From Candidatus Aminicenantes bacterium (GTDB lineage: Bacteria > Acidobacteriota > Aminicenantia > Aminicenantales > UBA4085), in the NCBI GenBank assembly GCA_016867585.1, contig VGJF01000003.1, forward strand, positions 1 to 38,530: a stretch of DNA of 38,530 bases, read 5' to 3'. This document shows, piece by piece, positions 17,892 through 27,476 of the stretch (position 1 is its first letter; every line of letters starts with the position of its first letter). The notes beneath the pieces were generated by a model that saw only the letters and a list, made by a program, of their open reading frames with translations, did not search any database and was not told the origin of the DNA. Made by a program: the position numbers and the translations under genes.

Positions 17892-18109
17892 GGTTCGTCG
17901 TCCCGGCCGGCCAGCCGGTCCCGGCGGTCGAAGCGGTCGGCCAAAAACAAGGCCAGGGGGGTCAGGGCGACCCAAAGGAGGATCCAGAAGAGGACGAAAG
18001 GCAGGCCGAAAACCATCGGCCGGAGGCGGTTGACAAAAGGCAGGGCCAGGACCAAGGCGGCGAAGGGGACGGCCCCGACGCCCAGGGCTTTCCGCAGGCC
18101 TTTGCGCAT
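17888..18109 (-). CDS. DUF3311 (YhjC-like) small membrane partner of the symporter
   Basis: 73 aa with LPFVNRLRPMVFGLPFVLFWILLW; C-terminal part of the 17888..18868 ORF. Confidence 0.85.
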   Translation of the reverse strand: MRKGLRKALGVGAVPFAALVLALPFVNRLRPMVFGLPFVLFWILLWVALTPLALFLADRFDRRDRLAGRDDEP

Positions 18110-18116
18110 CCCGGCT

Positions 18117-18166
18117 ATTATAGACAAGACGGGCCGCTTCAGGAAACGGGGCCTCTTTGTTATAAT
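18117..18166. promoter_or_regulatory. Back-to-back promoters for the DUF3311 operon (-) and uvrA (+)
   Basis: TATAAT (-) at 18122-18117, 7 nt before the DUF3311 ATG; TGtTATAAT (+) at 18158-18166 followed by GGAGG and TTG. Confidence 0.75.
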
Positions 18167-18187
18167 AGGATATTTCCGGAGGCGGTT

Positions 18188-20953
18188 TTGGATCGACCCG
18201 AGGCAGCCCGCGACGTCATCCGCCTGAGAGGCGTCCGGGTCCATAACTTGAAGAACATTTCCCTGGACATCCCTCTCGACCGCTTGGTCGTCGTCACCGG
18301 CGTCAGCGGCTCTGGCAAATCCTCCCTGGCCTTCGACACCCTCTACGCCGAAGGCCAGCGCCGCTACATTGAATCCCTGTCGGCCTACGCCCGCCAGTTC
18401 CTCGAACGGATGGAAAAGCCCGAGGCCGAGGCGATCGAGGGCATCCCTCCGGCCATCGCCATCCAGCAAAAAGCGGCCACGAAAAATCCCCGCTCGACGG
18501 TGGCCACGGTGACCGAGGCCTACGATTTCTTGCGGGTTCTCTACGCCCGGATCGGAACGGTTCACTGCCTGAGCTGCGGTCGTCCGGTCGGTCGCGACTC
18601 CATCGACGCCATGGCCGAGGAAATCGTCGGGCTTCCCCAGGGGACCCGGCTGACGATCGCCTTCGCCTGGCCTCCGGAAAAAGGGCTCGGCCCCTTGAAG
18701 AAGCTCGGCTTCTACCGCTTCCTCCGGGACGGCGAAGTCGTTTCCTTCGAGGCCGCCGGGGCCGGAACGGGGCCGCCGAAGGAACTCGACGTCCTCGTCG
18801 ACAAGCTGGCCTTGGCCGCCGACGACCGGGACCGCCTCGTCGACTCGCTCGAGACGGCCATGAAACACGGCGGGGGGAGGGTCAAGGTCCGTCTCGAGGA
18901 CGGGCGGGAGCTCGTCTTTTCGGACAAGCTCGAGTGCCGGGACTGCCGGATCGCCTGCGACGACCCCTTCCCCAACCTGTTCTCATTCAACAGCCCCCAG
19001 GGCGCCTGCCCGGAGTGCCATGGCTTCGGCGACCTGGCCGTCCTCGACGAGGAGAAAATCATCCCCGACCCCGGCAAGTCGCTGGCCGAGGGCGCCGTCG
19101 AGCCCTGGACCAAGCCGGTCTCGAAGGGGGTCATGAAGGAGATGCTCCGGGAGGCGAAGAAACGCGGCCTCCCGACGAACCTCCCTTGGAAAAGCCTCAA
19201 GCCCGAGGAGCGGCGGTTCATCCTGGAGGGCGGGGACGGCTGGTACGGCGTCCGGGGTTTTTTCGACTGGCTTCAATCCAAGAAATACAAGGTCCAAGTC
19301 CGGGTTTTTCTCAGCCGCTACCGCAAATACGCCCCCTGCCCGGCCTGTTCCCAGACGCGCCTCAACCCCAGGGCCCTGAGCGTCAAGGTCGGGGGCCTGA
19401 CGATCGGCCAGTTCGTCCGCCTGACGGTCAGGGAGGCCTTCGACTTCCTCCAAGGCCTGGCCCTCTCCCCGGCCGAGAGGCAGATCGCCGAAAAGCTCGT
19501 CTCCGAAATCGCGAACCGGCTGAAATTCCTCCTCGAGGTCGGTCTGGATTACCTGTCCCTCGACCGGATGACCTTCACCCTCAGCGGCGGCGAGGCCCAG
19601 CGGATCAACCTCGCCGCGGCCTTGAGCTCGTCTCTCGTCGGGACGCTGTTCGTCCTCGACGAGCCGTCGATCGGCCTCCATCCCCGGGACAACGCGCGTC
19701 TCATCCGGATCCTCCATTCCCTGAAGGACGTCGGCAACACCGTCCTCGTCGTCGAGCACGACCCCGAGATCATCCGGGCCGCGGACCACCTCATCGACCT
19801 CGGCCCCCGGGCGGGAGAGCACGGCGGCGAGGTCATGCTCGCCGGGCCGAGCCGCGAGGTCCTGAGATGCGGCCGGAACGGCCCGGGTCCGGCGGTCGGC
19901 GGAAACGGCTCGCTGACCTTCCGCTACCTGAGCGGGGAGATGGGGATCCCCGTCCCGATGAAGCGCCGAATCCCGTCGCGTTTTCTCCTCGTCCAGGACG
20001 CCCATCGGCACAACCTCAAGCATCTCGACGTCCGCCTGCCGCTCGGCGTCCTGACCGCCATCACCGGCGTGTCGGGTTCGGGGAAAAGCACCCTCCTCCA
20101 CGACGTCCTCTACCGGGGCTGGTGCGGAGAAACGCGGCAGGGCTTCAAGGCCATCCGGGGCCTGGACTTCCTCGACAAGCTTGTCTTGGTCGACCAGTCC
20201 CCAATCAGCGCCTCGCCCCGTTCGGTCCCGGCGACGTACGCCAAGGCCATGGACGGCCTCCGGGAGCTCTTCAGCGAGACGCGCGAGGCCCGGGCCCAGG
20301 GGTTCAAGCCCGGCGTTTTCTCCTTCAACACGCGAGGCGGGCGGTGCGAGGACTGCGAGGGGGCGGGTCAGCAGGTCGTCGAAATGCAGTTCCTGTCGGA
20401 CGTGACCCTCGTCTGCGAGACGTGCCGAGGCCGGCGGTTCAAGAGCGAGGTCCTCGACGTCCGCTATAGGGGCAAGAACATCGACGACGTCCTTCACCTG
20501 ACCGTCGACGACGCCCTCGAGTTCTTCGCCGGCCGGCCGGACATCGTCAACAGATTGAAGCCGCTCCGCGAGGTCGGCCTCGGCTACATCCGGCTCGGCC
20601 AGCCGACGACGACCCTCTCCGGCGGCGAGCTCCAGCGGATCAAGCTGGCCTATCATCTCGTCCACGAGCGCGACGCCCATGTCCTCTATCTCTTCGACGA
20701 GCCGACGATCGGCCTTCACCTGGACGACGTCTCCGTCCTCCTGCGGTGCTTCCAGAGGCTCGTCGACGAGGGCCATTCGGTCATGGTCATCGAGCACAAC
20801 CTCGAGGTCATCAAAAGCGCCGATTACATCGTCGACCTGGGGCCGGAGGGCGGCGAGCGGGGCGGCGAGATCATGGCCGAAGGGACGCCGGAGGAGGTCG
20901 CGAAATCGCGGGGCTCGACGACCGGCCGTTATCTGCGGAAGGCCCTGTCTTGA
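18188..20953 (+). CDS. uvrA: Excinuclease ABC subunit A (divergent paralogue-type UvrA)
   Basis: Two Walker A motifs ([18 protein letters not shown]), two LSGGE signatures, [16 protein letters not shown], Zn-finger CxxC pairs. Confidence 0.95.
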   Translation: MDRPEAARDVIRLRGVRVHNLKNISLDIPLDRLVVVTGVSGSGKSSLAFDTLYAEGQRRYIESLSAYARQFLERMEKPEAEAIEGIPPAIAIQQKAATKNPRSTVATVTEAYDFLRVLYARIGTVHCLSCGRPVGRDSIDAMAEEIVGLPQGTRLTIAFAWPPEKGLGPLKKLGFYRFLRDGEVVSFEAAGAGTGPPKELDVLVDKLALAADDRDRLVDSLETAMKHGGGRVKVRLEDGRELVFSDKLECRDCRIACDDPFPNLFSFNSPQGACPECHGFGDLAVLDEEKIIPDPGKSLAEGAVEPWTKPVSKGVMKEMLREAKKRGLPTNLPWKSLKPEERRFILEGGDGWYGVRGFFDWLQSKKYKVQVRVFLSRYRKYAPCPACSQTRLNPRALSVKVGGLTIGQFVRLTVREAFDFLQGLALSPAERQIAEKLVSEIANRLKFLLEVGLDYLSLDRMTFTLSGGEAQRINLAAALSSSLVGTLFVLDEPSIGLHPRDNARLIRILHSLKDVGNTVLVVEHDPEIIRAADHLIDLGPRAGEHGGEVMLAGPSREVLRCGRNGPGPAVGGNGSLTFRYLSGEMGIPVPMKRRIPSRFLLVQDAHRHNLKHLDVRLPLGVLTAITGVSGSGKSTLLHDVLYRGWCGETRQGFKAIRGLDFLDKLVLVDQSPISASPRSVPATYAKAMDGLRELFSETREARAQGFKPGVFSFNTRGGRCEDCEGAGQQVVEMQFLSDVTLVCETCRGRRFKSEVLDVRYRGKNIDDVLHLTVDDALEFFAGRPDIVNRLKPLREVGLGYIRLGQPTTTLSGGELQRIKLAYHLVHERDAHVLYLFDEPTIGLHLDDVSVLLRCFQRLVDEGHSVMVIEHNLEVIKSADYIVDLGPEGGERGGEIMAEGTPEEVAKSRGSTTGRYLRKALS

Positions 20954-20973
20954 ACGACGGCCGTCGCGCTCCC

Positions 20974-21120
20974 GCCGAACATGCCCTGGCGGCCGTGGGG
21001 CTGGGCTATGGTTCGTGCCAGATCGCGGCCCTCTACGACGGCGAGGCGAACGCCTTGGTCGGCGCGGACGGGGAGGGCGAGAGCGTCATCTACATGACCG
21101 CCGTCGGGCGGCCGGATTGA
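20974..21120 (+). pseudogene. C-terminal remnant of a SagB/ThcOx-type nitroreductase
   Basis: AEHALAAVGLGYGSCQIAALYDGEANALVGADGEGESVIYMTAVG matches the family C-terminus; only about 20 nt separate it from the uvrA stop, so the N-terminus is missing. Confidence 0.75.
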
Positions 21121-21129
21121 GCGGCGTCT

Positions 21130-21387
21130 TCACGACCCCCCGGAGCGGGAAGAGCCCGGCGGGACGGCGGCCTCGACGGCCTCTCCCGTCCGCCGCCTCC
21201 CTTTCTCGACCTTGGCCAGGAGGAACCCGACGACCAGGCCGACGGCGAAAACTCCCAAGACGAGAAGGAAGAGGGGCATGTAGAGGCTCCAAAAATACAG
21301 CCTGACCGGGGCCAGCCGGGAATTCTGAACGACCAGAATCGCCAGAAGCCCCGTCAAGACGAGGATCAAAACGGCCTTCCCCTTCAT
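21130..21387 (-). CDS. LapA/DUF1049 family small membrane protein
   Basis: ILVVQNSRLAPVRLYFWSLYMPL, two TM helices, AAGGAGG SD. Confidence 0.8.
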   Translation of the reverse strand: MKGKAVLILVLTGLLAILVVQNSRLAPVRLYFWSLYMPLFLLVLGVFAVGLVVGFLLAKVEKGRRRTGEAVEAAVPPGSSRSGGS

Positions 21388-21415
21388 CGCGTCCTCCTTG
21401 TCCGGGGCCTCCGGC

Positions 21416-22489
21416 TCAAAGCCATTTCCTGCGCCGGAACAGGACGGCCATTCCGCCCCCGAGGGCGATCATGACGCCCCAGACGATGAAATAACCCGCC
21501 CGCCATTTCAGCTCGGGCATGTGCTCGAAATTCATCCCGTAGACCCCGGCAATGAACGTCAGGGGGATGAAGATTGTGGCGATGATCGTCAGGACCTTCA
21601 TGACCTCGTTCATCCGGTTCGAGACGCTCGAGAGGTAAGTCTCCAGCATGCCGGACAGGACTTCCCGGAAGGTCTCGACGCTGTCGATGACCTGGATGGC
21701 GTGATCGTAGACGTCGCGGAAGAAGATGGCGGTCGGCTTCCGGACGAGGTCGGACTCGATCCTCTCGATCTTGGCCAGGATCTCCCGCAGCGGCCAGACG
21801 GACTTCCGGAGAAAGATCATCTCCCGCTTCAAGGCGTGAATCCGGTGGAGCGTGGCCCGGTCCGGGTCGGCCATGAGTTCGTCCTCGAGGCGGTCGATTT
21901 TCTCGCCCAGCCCTTCGAGGACGACGAAATAGTGGTCGACGACGGCGTCGAGGAGGGAATAGGCCAGATAATCGGCCCCCATCTTCCGGATCCGGCCGCG
22001 GCCCTGGCGGAGGCGCTCCCGGACGTGGTCGAACATGTCGCCCGGCCGCTCCTGGAACGAGAGGACGAAGTTCGAGCCGAACACGAGGCTGAGCTGTTCG
22101 ATCACGATCCCCTCGCCCTTCTCGTCGAGCTCGATCATCTTGAGGACGATATAGACCGCCGTCCCCAGGTCCTCCAGCTTCGGGCGCTGGGCCGTCGTCA
22201 TGATGTCCTCGAGGATGAGCGGGTGAAGCCCGAAGGCGCCGCCGAGGCCGTTGATGAGGCCGGCCTCATGGACGCCGTCGACGTTGATCCAGGTCGTCGT
22301 GGCCGTCTCCCGGAGAGGCGCGCATTCCTCGGCCGAGGCGGCCGTCTTTTCCAGGAAAATGTCGCCGTCGTAGTCCATGACCGTGATCCGGGGGTGCTCG
22401 ACCTTCCGTTCGCCGACATGGACGAGGCTCCCCGGAGGGAGCCCTTCCTTCGGGGAGCGCTTGGCCTCCCGGCCGGCTCTGGATCTCAT
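21416..22489 (-). CDS. corA: Magnesium/cobalt transporter CorA
   Basis: GLPPGSLVHVG, LHPLILEDI, QRPKLE, YGMNF signature, MPEL. Start 22489 vs 22516 uncertain. Confidence 0.95.
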   Translation of the reverse strand: MRSRAGREAKRSPKEGLPPGSLVHVGERKVEHPRITVMDYDGDIFLEKTAASAEECAPLRETATTTWINVDGVHEAGLINGLGGAFGLHPLILEDIMTTAQRPKLEDLGTAVYIVLKMIELDEKGEGIVIEQLSLVFGSNFVLSFQERPGDMFDHVRERLRQGRGRIRKMGADYLAYSLLDAVVDHYFVVLEGLGEKIDRLEDELMADPDRATLHRIHALKREMIFLRKSVWPLREILAKIERIESDLVRKPTAIFFRDVYDHAIQVIDSVETFREVLSGMLETYLSSVSNRMNEVMKVLTIIATIFIPLTFIAGVYGMNFEHMPELKWRAGYFIVWGVMIALGGGMAVLFRRRKWL

Positions 22490-22539
22490 CTCAGTCGCGC
22501 TTCGGCGGCCTTCCAATCGACGGCCTTGAAGAAGGCTTC
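22486..22539 (-). pseudogene. Last 17 codons of an Fe/Mn superoxide dismutase gene
   Basis: The recA-corA gap reads EAFFKAVDWKAAEARLR-stop, the typical Fe/Mn-SOD terminal helix; its TGA overlaps the corA ATG. Confidence 0.65.
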
Positions 22540-22543
22540 GGCA

Positions 22544-23641
22544 TCATCGTCCTCCGCGCTTTTCAGGCGGCTTGTCCGGAGCCCGTTCGGGAACGTCCTC
22601 CTCCCCGGCGGTCTTCTCGGAGACCTCGCCGAGCTTGACCTTCCTCCGGATGTCCGTTTCGAGGTCGGCGGCCAGGGCGGCATTGTCCTTGAGAAGGCGC
22701 TTGACGTTCTCGCGGCCCTGGCCGATCCGCTCGCCCTTGTAGGAGTACCAGGTCCCCGTTTTTTCGATGAGCCCGACCCCGGTCCCCATGTCGACGAGGT
22801 CGCCCTCGCGGGAGATCCCCTCGCCGTAGATGATGTCGAATTCGGCCTCCCGGAAAGGCGGGGCCATCTTGTTCTTGACGACCTTGACCTTGACCCGGTT
22901 GCCGACGACGCTGTCCCCCTCCTTGATGGCCGTCATCCGCCGGATGTCGACCCGGAGGGAGGCGTAGAACTTCAGGGCCCGGCCGCCCGTCGTCGTCTCC
23001 GGATTGCCGAGGAAAAAGCCGATTTTCTCCCGGATCTGGTTGATGAAGATGAAGCAGGTCTTGGACCGGCTGACGATGGCCGTCAGCTTCCGGAGAGCCT
23101 GGCTCATGAGCCGGGCCTGGAGCCCCATGTGGGCATCGCCCATATCGCCCTCGAGCTCGGCCTTGGGGACGAGGGCGGCCACGGAATCGACGACGACGAC
23201 GTCGACGGCCCCGCTGCGGACGAGGACCTCGGCGATCTCCAGGCCCTGCTCGCCGAAATCCGGCTGGGCGATGAGGAGGTTGTCGACGTCGACCCCGACC
23301 TTGGCCGCGTAGTTGGGGTCGAGGGCGTGCTCGGCGTCGATGAACGCCGCCTGCCCCCCGCGGCGCTGGGCCTCGGCGATGACGTGGAGGGCCAGGGTCG
23401 TCTTCCCCGTCGCTTCGGGGCCGTAGACCTCGACAACCCGGCCCCGGGGAAAGCCGCCGATGCCGAGGGCCAGGTCGAAGGCGATCGAGCCCGATGGGAT
23501 GGCCTCGACCTTCATCGCCGCCCCGCGCTGGCCGAGCTTCATGACCGCCCCCTTGCCGAACTGCTTTTCGATCTGGGAGACGGCCGCCTCGATGGCCTTG
23601 TTCTTGGAAACGTCCTTGGGGGCAAGCCCTTCGTCTTTCAT
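22544..23641 (-). CDS. recA: Recombinase RecA
   Basis: [47 protein letters not shown]; GAGGAGG SD. Confidence 0.99.
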   Translation of the reverse strand: MKDEGLAPKDVSKNKAIEAAVSQIEKQFGKGAVMKLGQRGAAMKVEAIPSGSIAFDLALGIGGFPRGRVVEVYGPEATGKTTLALHVIAEAQRRGGQAAFIDAEHALDPNYAAKVGVDVDNLLIAQPDFGEQGLEIAEVLVRSGAVDVVVVDSVAALVPKAELEGDMGDAHMGLQARLMSQALRKLTAIVSRSKTCFIFINQIREKIGFFLGNPETTTGGRALKFYASLRVDIRRMTAIKEGDSVVGNRVKVKVVKNKMAPPFREAEFDIIYGEGISREGDLVDMGTGVGLIEKTGTWYSYKGERIGQGRENVKRLLKDNAALAADLETDIRRKVKLGEVSEKTAGEEDVPERAPDKPPEKRGGR

Positions 23642-23707
23642 CGCAGCCTCCTCGACGGATGATCCCTCTTGGAAATGACGTCCGGACGGCCGAAAATTCT
23701 CACTCTT

Positions 23708-23736
23708 TTTGTATCACAACTTCGGGCGGGAGTAAA
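23708..23736 (-). promoter_or_regulatory. Possible recA promoter
   Basis: TTTACT, 17-bp spacer, TGa-TACAAA on the minus strand. Confidence 0.4.
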
Positions 23737-23744
23737 ACCGGCCG

Positions 23745-25382
23745 TCAGCCCGTGATTCCGGTGACCGAGCCGTCGTCGGCGACGTCGATTTTTTCGGCCG
23801 CCGGCGTCCGGGGAAGCCCGGGCATGGTCATGATCTCCCCGCAAAAGGCGACGACGAAACCGGCCCCGGCGCTCAAGGAGGCGTCCGTGACCTTGAGAGC
23901 GAAGTTCCGGGGACGCCCCAGGAGCCGGGGATCGTCGGAAAGCGAGTACTGGGTCTTGGCCACGCAGACCGGAACGCCGCGATAGCCGTCGGACTCGAAC
24001 CGCTGGAGCTTGCGGCGGGCCCGGGGCTCGAGATCGACCCGGCCGGCGCCGTAGATCCGCCGGGCGATCGTCTCGATCTTTTCGGGGAGGGCGCTCTCGA
24101 GCGGGTAGAGGAACTCGAAATGGGACGGGTCGCTCTCGACCGCGGCCAGGACCTCCCGGGCCAGGCCGAGTCCTCCCTCTCCGCCCAGGCGGTAGACATC
24201 GCTCGCCGCCGAGCGGACGCCCTCCCGGCGGCAGAGCTCTTCGAAAACGGCGAGCTCCGCGTCCGTGTCGGCCGGGAAGCGGTTGAGGGTCACGACAAGC
24301 GGCAGGCCGAAGGCCCTGACGTTTTCGATGTGCTTGCGGAGATTGTCGTACCCCCGCTCGACGGCGGCCGGATTTTCGGCGTTCAGGGCGTCGAGCTTGA
24401 TCCCGCCGTGGAATTTCAGGGACCGGAGCGTGGCGACAAGGACGCAAGCCGCCGGGGGCGGGATCTCCCCCGTCCGGACGACGATGTCGAAAAACTTTTC
24501 GGCCCCGAGATCCGAGGCGAAACCGCATTCGGTGACGACATAATCGGCCAGCCGGAGGGCGAGGGCGGTGGCGATGACCGAGTTCGTTCCGTGGGCGATG
24601 TTGGCGAAGGGGCCGCCGTGGACGAAGGCCGGCGCCCCTTCGAGCGTCTGGACGAGGTTGGGCTTGAGGGCGTCCTTGAGAAGGGCGGTCATCGCCCCTT
24701 GGGCCTTGACCTGGGCCGCCGTCACCGGCCGTCCATCCGATCCGTAGCCGACGACGACCCGGCCGATCCGGGCCTTGAGGTCGGAGAGGTCCCGGGCCAG
24801 GCAAAAGATGGCCATGATTTCGGAGGCGGCGGTGATGTCAAAGGAGGTCTCCCGGGCCACGCCGGAGAAGGCTTCGCCCAGCCCGACGATGATTTCCCGG
24901 AGGGAGCGGTCGTTCATGTCCAGGACGCGCTTCCAGCCGAGTGTCCGGTCGTCGAGGAGGCCGCAGGCCCCATCGAAATGGAGGCGGTTGTCGGCCATCG
25001 CCGCCAGGAGGTTGTGGGCCGCGGTGATGGCGTGGAAGTCGCCGGTGAAATGGAGGTTGATCTCGTCGGAAGGGACGACCCGGGCCGCCCCCCCGCCCGT
25101 GGCCCCGCCCTTCATCCCGAAGACCGGTCCGATCGACGGTTCCCGGAGGGCGGCCGCGGCCCGCTTGCCGAGCCGGACGAGGGCGTCGACGAGCCCGATG
25201 GCCGTGGTCGTCTTCCCCTCCCCGGCCGGGGTCGGGGTCATGGCCGTGACGAGAATGAGCTTTCCCGCGGGAGGCCTGCCGGCCGCCCCGCGGGGATCGA
25301 TTTTCGCTTTGGCTCTTCCATACGGTTCGACGAAGGCGGGATCGAGTCCGAGACGGCCGGCGATTTCGGCGATGGGTTTCAT
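23745..25382 (-). CDS. fhs: Formate--tetrahydrofolate ligase
   Basis: TPTPAGEGKTT, GMKGGATGGG, INLHFTGDFHAIT, HGGPFANIAHG, AKTQYSLSD, IMTMPGLP. Confidence 0.98.
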   Translation of the reverse strand: MKPIAEIAGRLGLDPAFVEPYGRAKAKIDPRGAAGRPPAGKLILVTAMTPTPAGEGKTTTAIGLVDALVRLGKRAAAALREPSIGPVFGMKGGATGGGAARVVPSDEINLHFTGDFHAITAAHNLLAAMADNRLHFDGACGLLDDRTLGWKRVLDMNDRSLREIIVGLGEAFSGVARETSFDITAASEIMAIFCLARDLSDLKARIGRVVVGYGSDGRPVTAAQVKAQGAMTALLKDALKPNLVQTLEGAPAFVHGGPFANIAHGTNSVIATALALRLADYVVTECGFASDLGAEKFFDIVVRTGEIPPPAACVLVATLRSLKFHGGIKLDALNAENPAAVERGYDNLRKHIENVRAFGLPLVVTLNRFPADTDAELAVFEELCRREGVRSAASDVYRLGGEGGLGLAREVLAAVESDPSHFEFLYPLESALPEKIETIARRIYGAGRVDLEPRARRKLQRFESDGYRGVPVCVAKTQYSLSDDPRLLGRPRNFALKVTDASLSAGAGFVVAFCGEIMTMPGLPRTPAAEKIDVADDGSVTGITG

Positions 25383-25391
25383 GCCCCCAGT

Positions 25392-26195
25392 TTACTTGCC
25401 GTGGAGGCTGAGGTAAAGCAGGTCGTAATCGGCGATCAAGCCGTGGTCGGCGAAGCTGAAGTAGACGTTGTTCCCGACGACGACATGATCGAGGACCTTG
25501 AGCCCCATGACCTTGGCCGCCAAAACGAGCTCCTTGGTGATTTCCCGGTCGCAGCGCGAAGGCTCCGGATCGCCGGAGGGATGATTGTGGGCGAAGACGA
25601 GGGCCGCGGCGTCGTATCGCAAAGCGTCCTTCATGATCTCCCGGGGATAGACGGCGCTCGAGTCGACCGTCCCCTCGAAAAGGGTCTTCTCCTCGATGAT
25701 CTGGTTCTTGGCGTCGAGGAAAAGGACCTTGAAATGCTCCCGGCGGAGGTCCCGAAGGGCATGAGTCAGGTAGTCGTAAACTTCTCGGGAGGACCGGAGA
25801 TAAGGCCGGCCGATGATCCGGTCCTTGAGGAAGCGGCGGGAGACCTCCTGGACGAGGCGGAGGCCGAAGACATTATGGGGACCGATGCCCGGGATCCGGC
25901 AAAGCTCGCGCTCTTCGGCCTCGAGAACGCCCCGGAGCGACTTGAACGCCCGGACGGCCGCCCGGGCCGGCTCCCGGCAGTCCCGGCGGGGCGTGCCCAG
26001 GGTCAGGAGGAGCTCGATGACCTCATGGTCCAGGAAGCCGTCCAGGCCGGCCCTGAGGAACCGCTCCCGGAGGCGGCCGCGGTGGCCCCGGCGGCCGTCC
26101 GAAAGGCCGCCGGGCCCATCCCCGGCCCCGGCGGTGGAATCCCCGCCCGCCGCCTCCCCCGAAAAATCCGCGGCCTCGTCTTCTGGGTGTCTCAT
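25392..26195 (-). CDS. radC: RadC family JAB-domain protein
   Basis: GHRGRLRERF, HhH IPGIGP, VYPREI, HNHPSGDPEPSRCD, LDHVVVG. Start could be 26213. Confidence 0.92.
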   Translation of the reverse strand: MRHPEDEAADFSGEAAGGDSTAGAGDGPGGLSDGRRGHRGRLRERFLRAGLDGFLDHEVIELLLTLGTPRRDCREPARAAVRAFKSLRGVLEAEERELCRIPGIGPHNVFGLRLVQEVSRRFLKDRIIGRPYLRSSREVYDYLTHALRDLRREHFKVLFLDAKNQIIEEKTLFEGTVDSSAVYPREIMKDALRYDAAALVFAHNHPSGDPEPSRCDREITKELVLAAKVMGLKVLDHVVVGNNVYFSFADHGLIADYDLLYLSLHGK

Positions 26196-26259
26196 GGCCT
26201 TGCCTGGCGTCATAAGAATAGACGCTCGAGATGGCCGAAATTCGCACAAACGGAAAAAT

Positions 26260-27276
26260 TCAGGCGGCCAAGGCTTTACGGACGGCCGCGACCTTGGCCG
26301 GATCGAGGCCGAAGGGAAGAATCCCGGTGCCGAGCAGGAATCGGGGATGGCGGCTTCCGACGGCCAGGATCTCGGCCGTCCGCGAACCGATCTCCTCGGC
26401 CTCGGCCGTCTCGAGAAAGCGGGGGTCCATGTTCGCCCGGAGGAGGACGGGCCGGTCCCGCAGCCGCTCGACGAACCAGGCCAGGTCCGCCTTGAAGTCG
26501 GCCAGGACGCCGTTGGCCCCGGCGGCTAGGAAGTCATCGACGAGCGGGGCCGTGTCGCCGCCGACGATGTAAGGAACATAGGGGACGCCGAGGTCGTCCC
26601 GGAAATGGCGGATCGCCCGTTCGGTCGGAGGCTTGACGACCGCCCGGTACAGGGCGGGCGAAACGAGAGGCGGAGCGGCGCTCGAATCGAACAGGGCGAT
26701 CCCCAGCCCGCGGTCGAGGAACGCCTTGCCGTAGGACATGACCGCGGCCGCGCAGAAGTCGAGGAGAGACGCCGCCCATTCCGGGTCGTCGAGCAGGGCG
26801 ACCAGCATGGGCTCCGCACCGACAAGGGCGCAGGCCATGGAGAACGGGCCGCTGAGGGCCCCGCGGAGGTAAACCTCGCCGCCGTGCCGGGCGGCGACCC
26901 TCCGGCCCGCCTCCAGGAAGACATACATCCGCCCGCTCCGTTCGGGGTCCGGCAGGGGCAGCAGCCCGACAGGCTGCCCGGGGCGGATCGGACGGGACTC
27001 GATGGCCGGGACTTCGTCCCCGTCGAAAAAACGGACCTTCGCTCCGGCGGCTTCGGCCTCGACGTTGTAAACGTCCAGGCCGACGGTCACGATATCGGCC
27101 TGGTAGAGATCGATCTCGGCCTCCAAGGCCCTCTCCAGAAGCTCGGCGTCCCGGGCCAGGCGCGACGGCGTCGTCCCGACCAAGGCCGCCTTGTGCTCGT
27201 AGACCGCGGGACAGAAGGGCGGCCGGTCGGCCCGGCGGCCTTCGACGAGCGCCTCGACTCTCTCCCGTCCGGTCAC
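26260..27276 (-). CDS. UroD/MtaA-CmuA superfamily protein of unknown specificity
   Basis: MTGRERV N-terminus, DVYNVEAEAAG, LPDPERSGRM, GPFSMACALVG, LVSPALYR, ANMDP. Confidence 0.85.
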   Translation of the reverse strand: MTGRERVEALVEGRRADRPPFCPAVYEHKAALVGTTPSRLARDAELLERALEAEIDLYQADIVTVGLDVYNVEAEAAGAKVRFFDGDEVPAIESRPIRPGQPVGLLPLPDPERSGRMYVFLEAGRRVAARHGGEVYLRGALSGPFSMACALVGAEPMLVALLDDPEWAASLLDFCAAAVMSYGKAFLDRGLGIALFDSSAAPPLVSPALYRAVVKPPTERAIRHFRDDLGVPYVPYIVGGDTAPLVDDFLAAGANGVLADFKADLAWFVERLRDRPVLLRANMDPRFLETAEAEEIGSRTAEILAVGSRHPRFLLGTGILPFGLDPAKVAAVRKALAA

Positions 27277-27425
27277 CGGATTATTTTACTCCACCTTGGC
27301 CATGCCCGACATCCAAATCCCTTTTAATGGCGAAAACGCCCGCTGAATGGGAGGCCCGGGAGCCCACCGCACCAAACAGAAGGGAACCATATCGGGAAAA
27401 CCCAGAAAGCGGGAAGCGGAGGCGT

Positions 27426-27454
27426 TTGACCCTCCTCCGGGGCTGTGATAAAAG
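27426..27454 (+). promoter_or_regulatory. Sigma70-type promoter for thyA
   Basis: TTGACC, 17-bp spacer, TGa-TAAAAG, followed by GAGGAGG SD. Confidence 0.6.
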
Positions 27455-27476
27455 TCGGACTGCCGAGGAGGCGCAG

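Noticed and set aside
25392-26195. radC as a marker of a mobile element
   Set aside because: Full-length chromosomal type with HhH region, host codon usage and housekeeping neighbours.
21398-26495. Very long antisense ORFs (21398-23662, 24120-26495; also 7451-9691, 11477-13408, 30439-33456)
   Set aside because: Shadows of real genes on the opposite strand; high GC and codon bias suppress stops, and they have no recognisable motifs.
27290-27425. Possible ZTP/THF riboswitch or small ORF between the UroD-like gene and thyA
   Set aside because: Only short hairpins (GGCG-AAAA-CGCC); conserved riboswitch motifs not found, and the region lies upstream of both predicted promoters.
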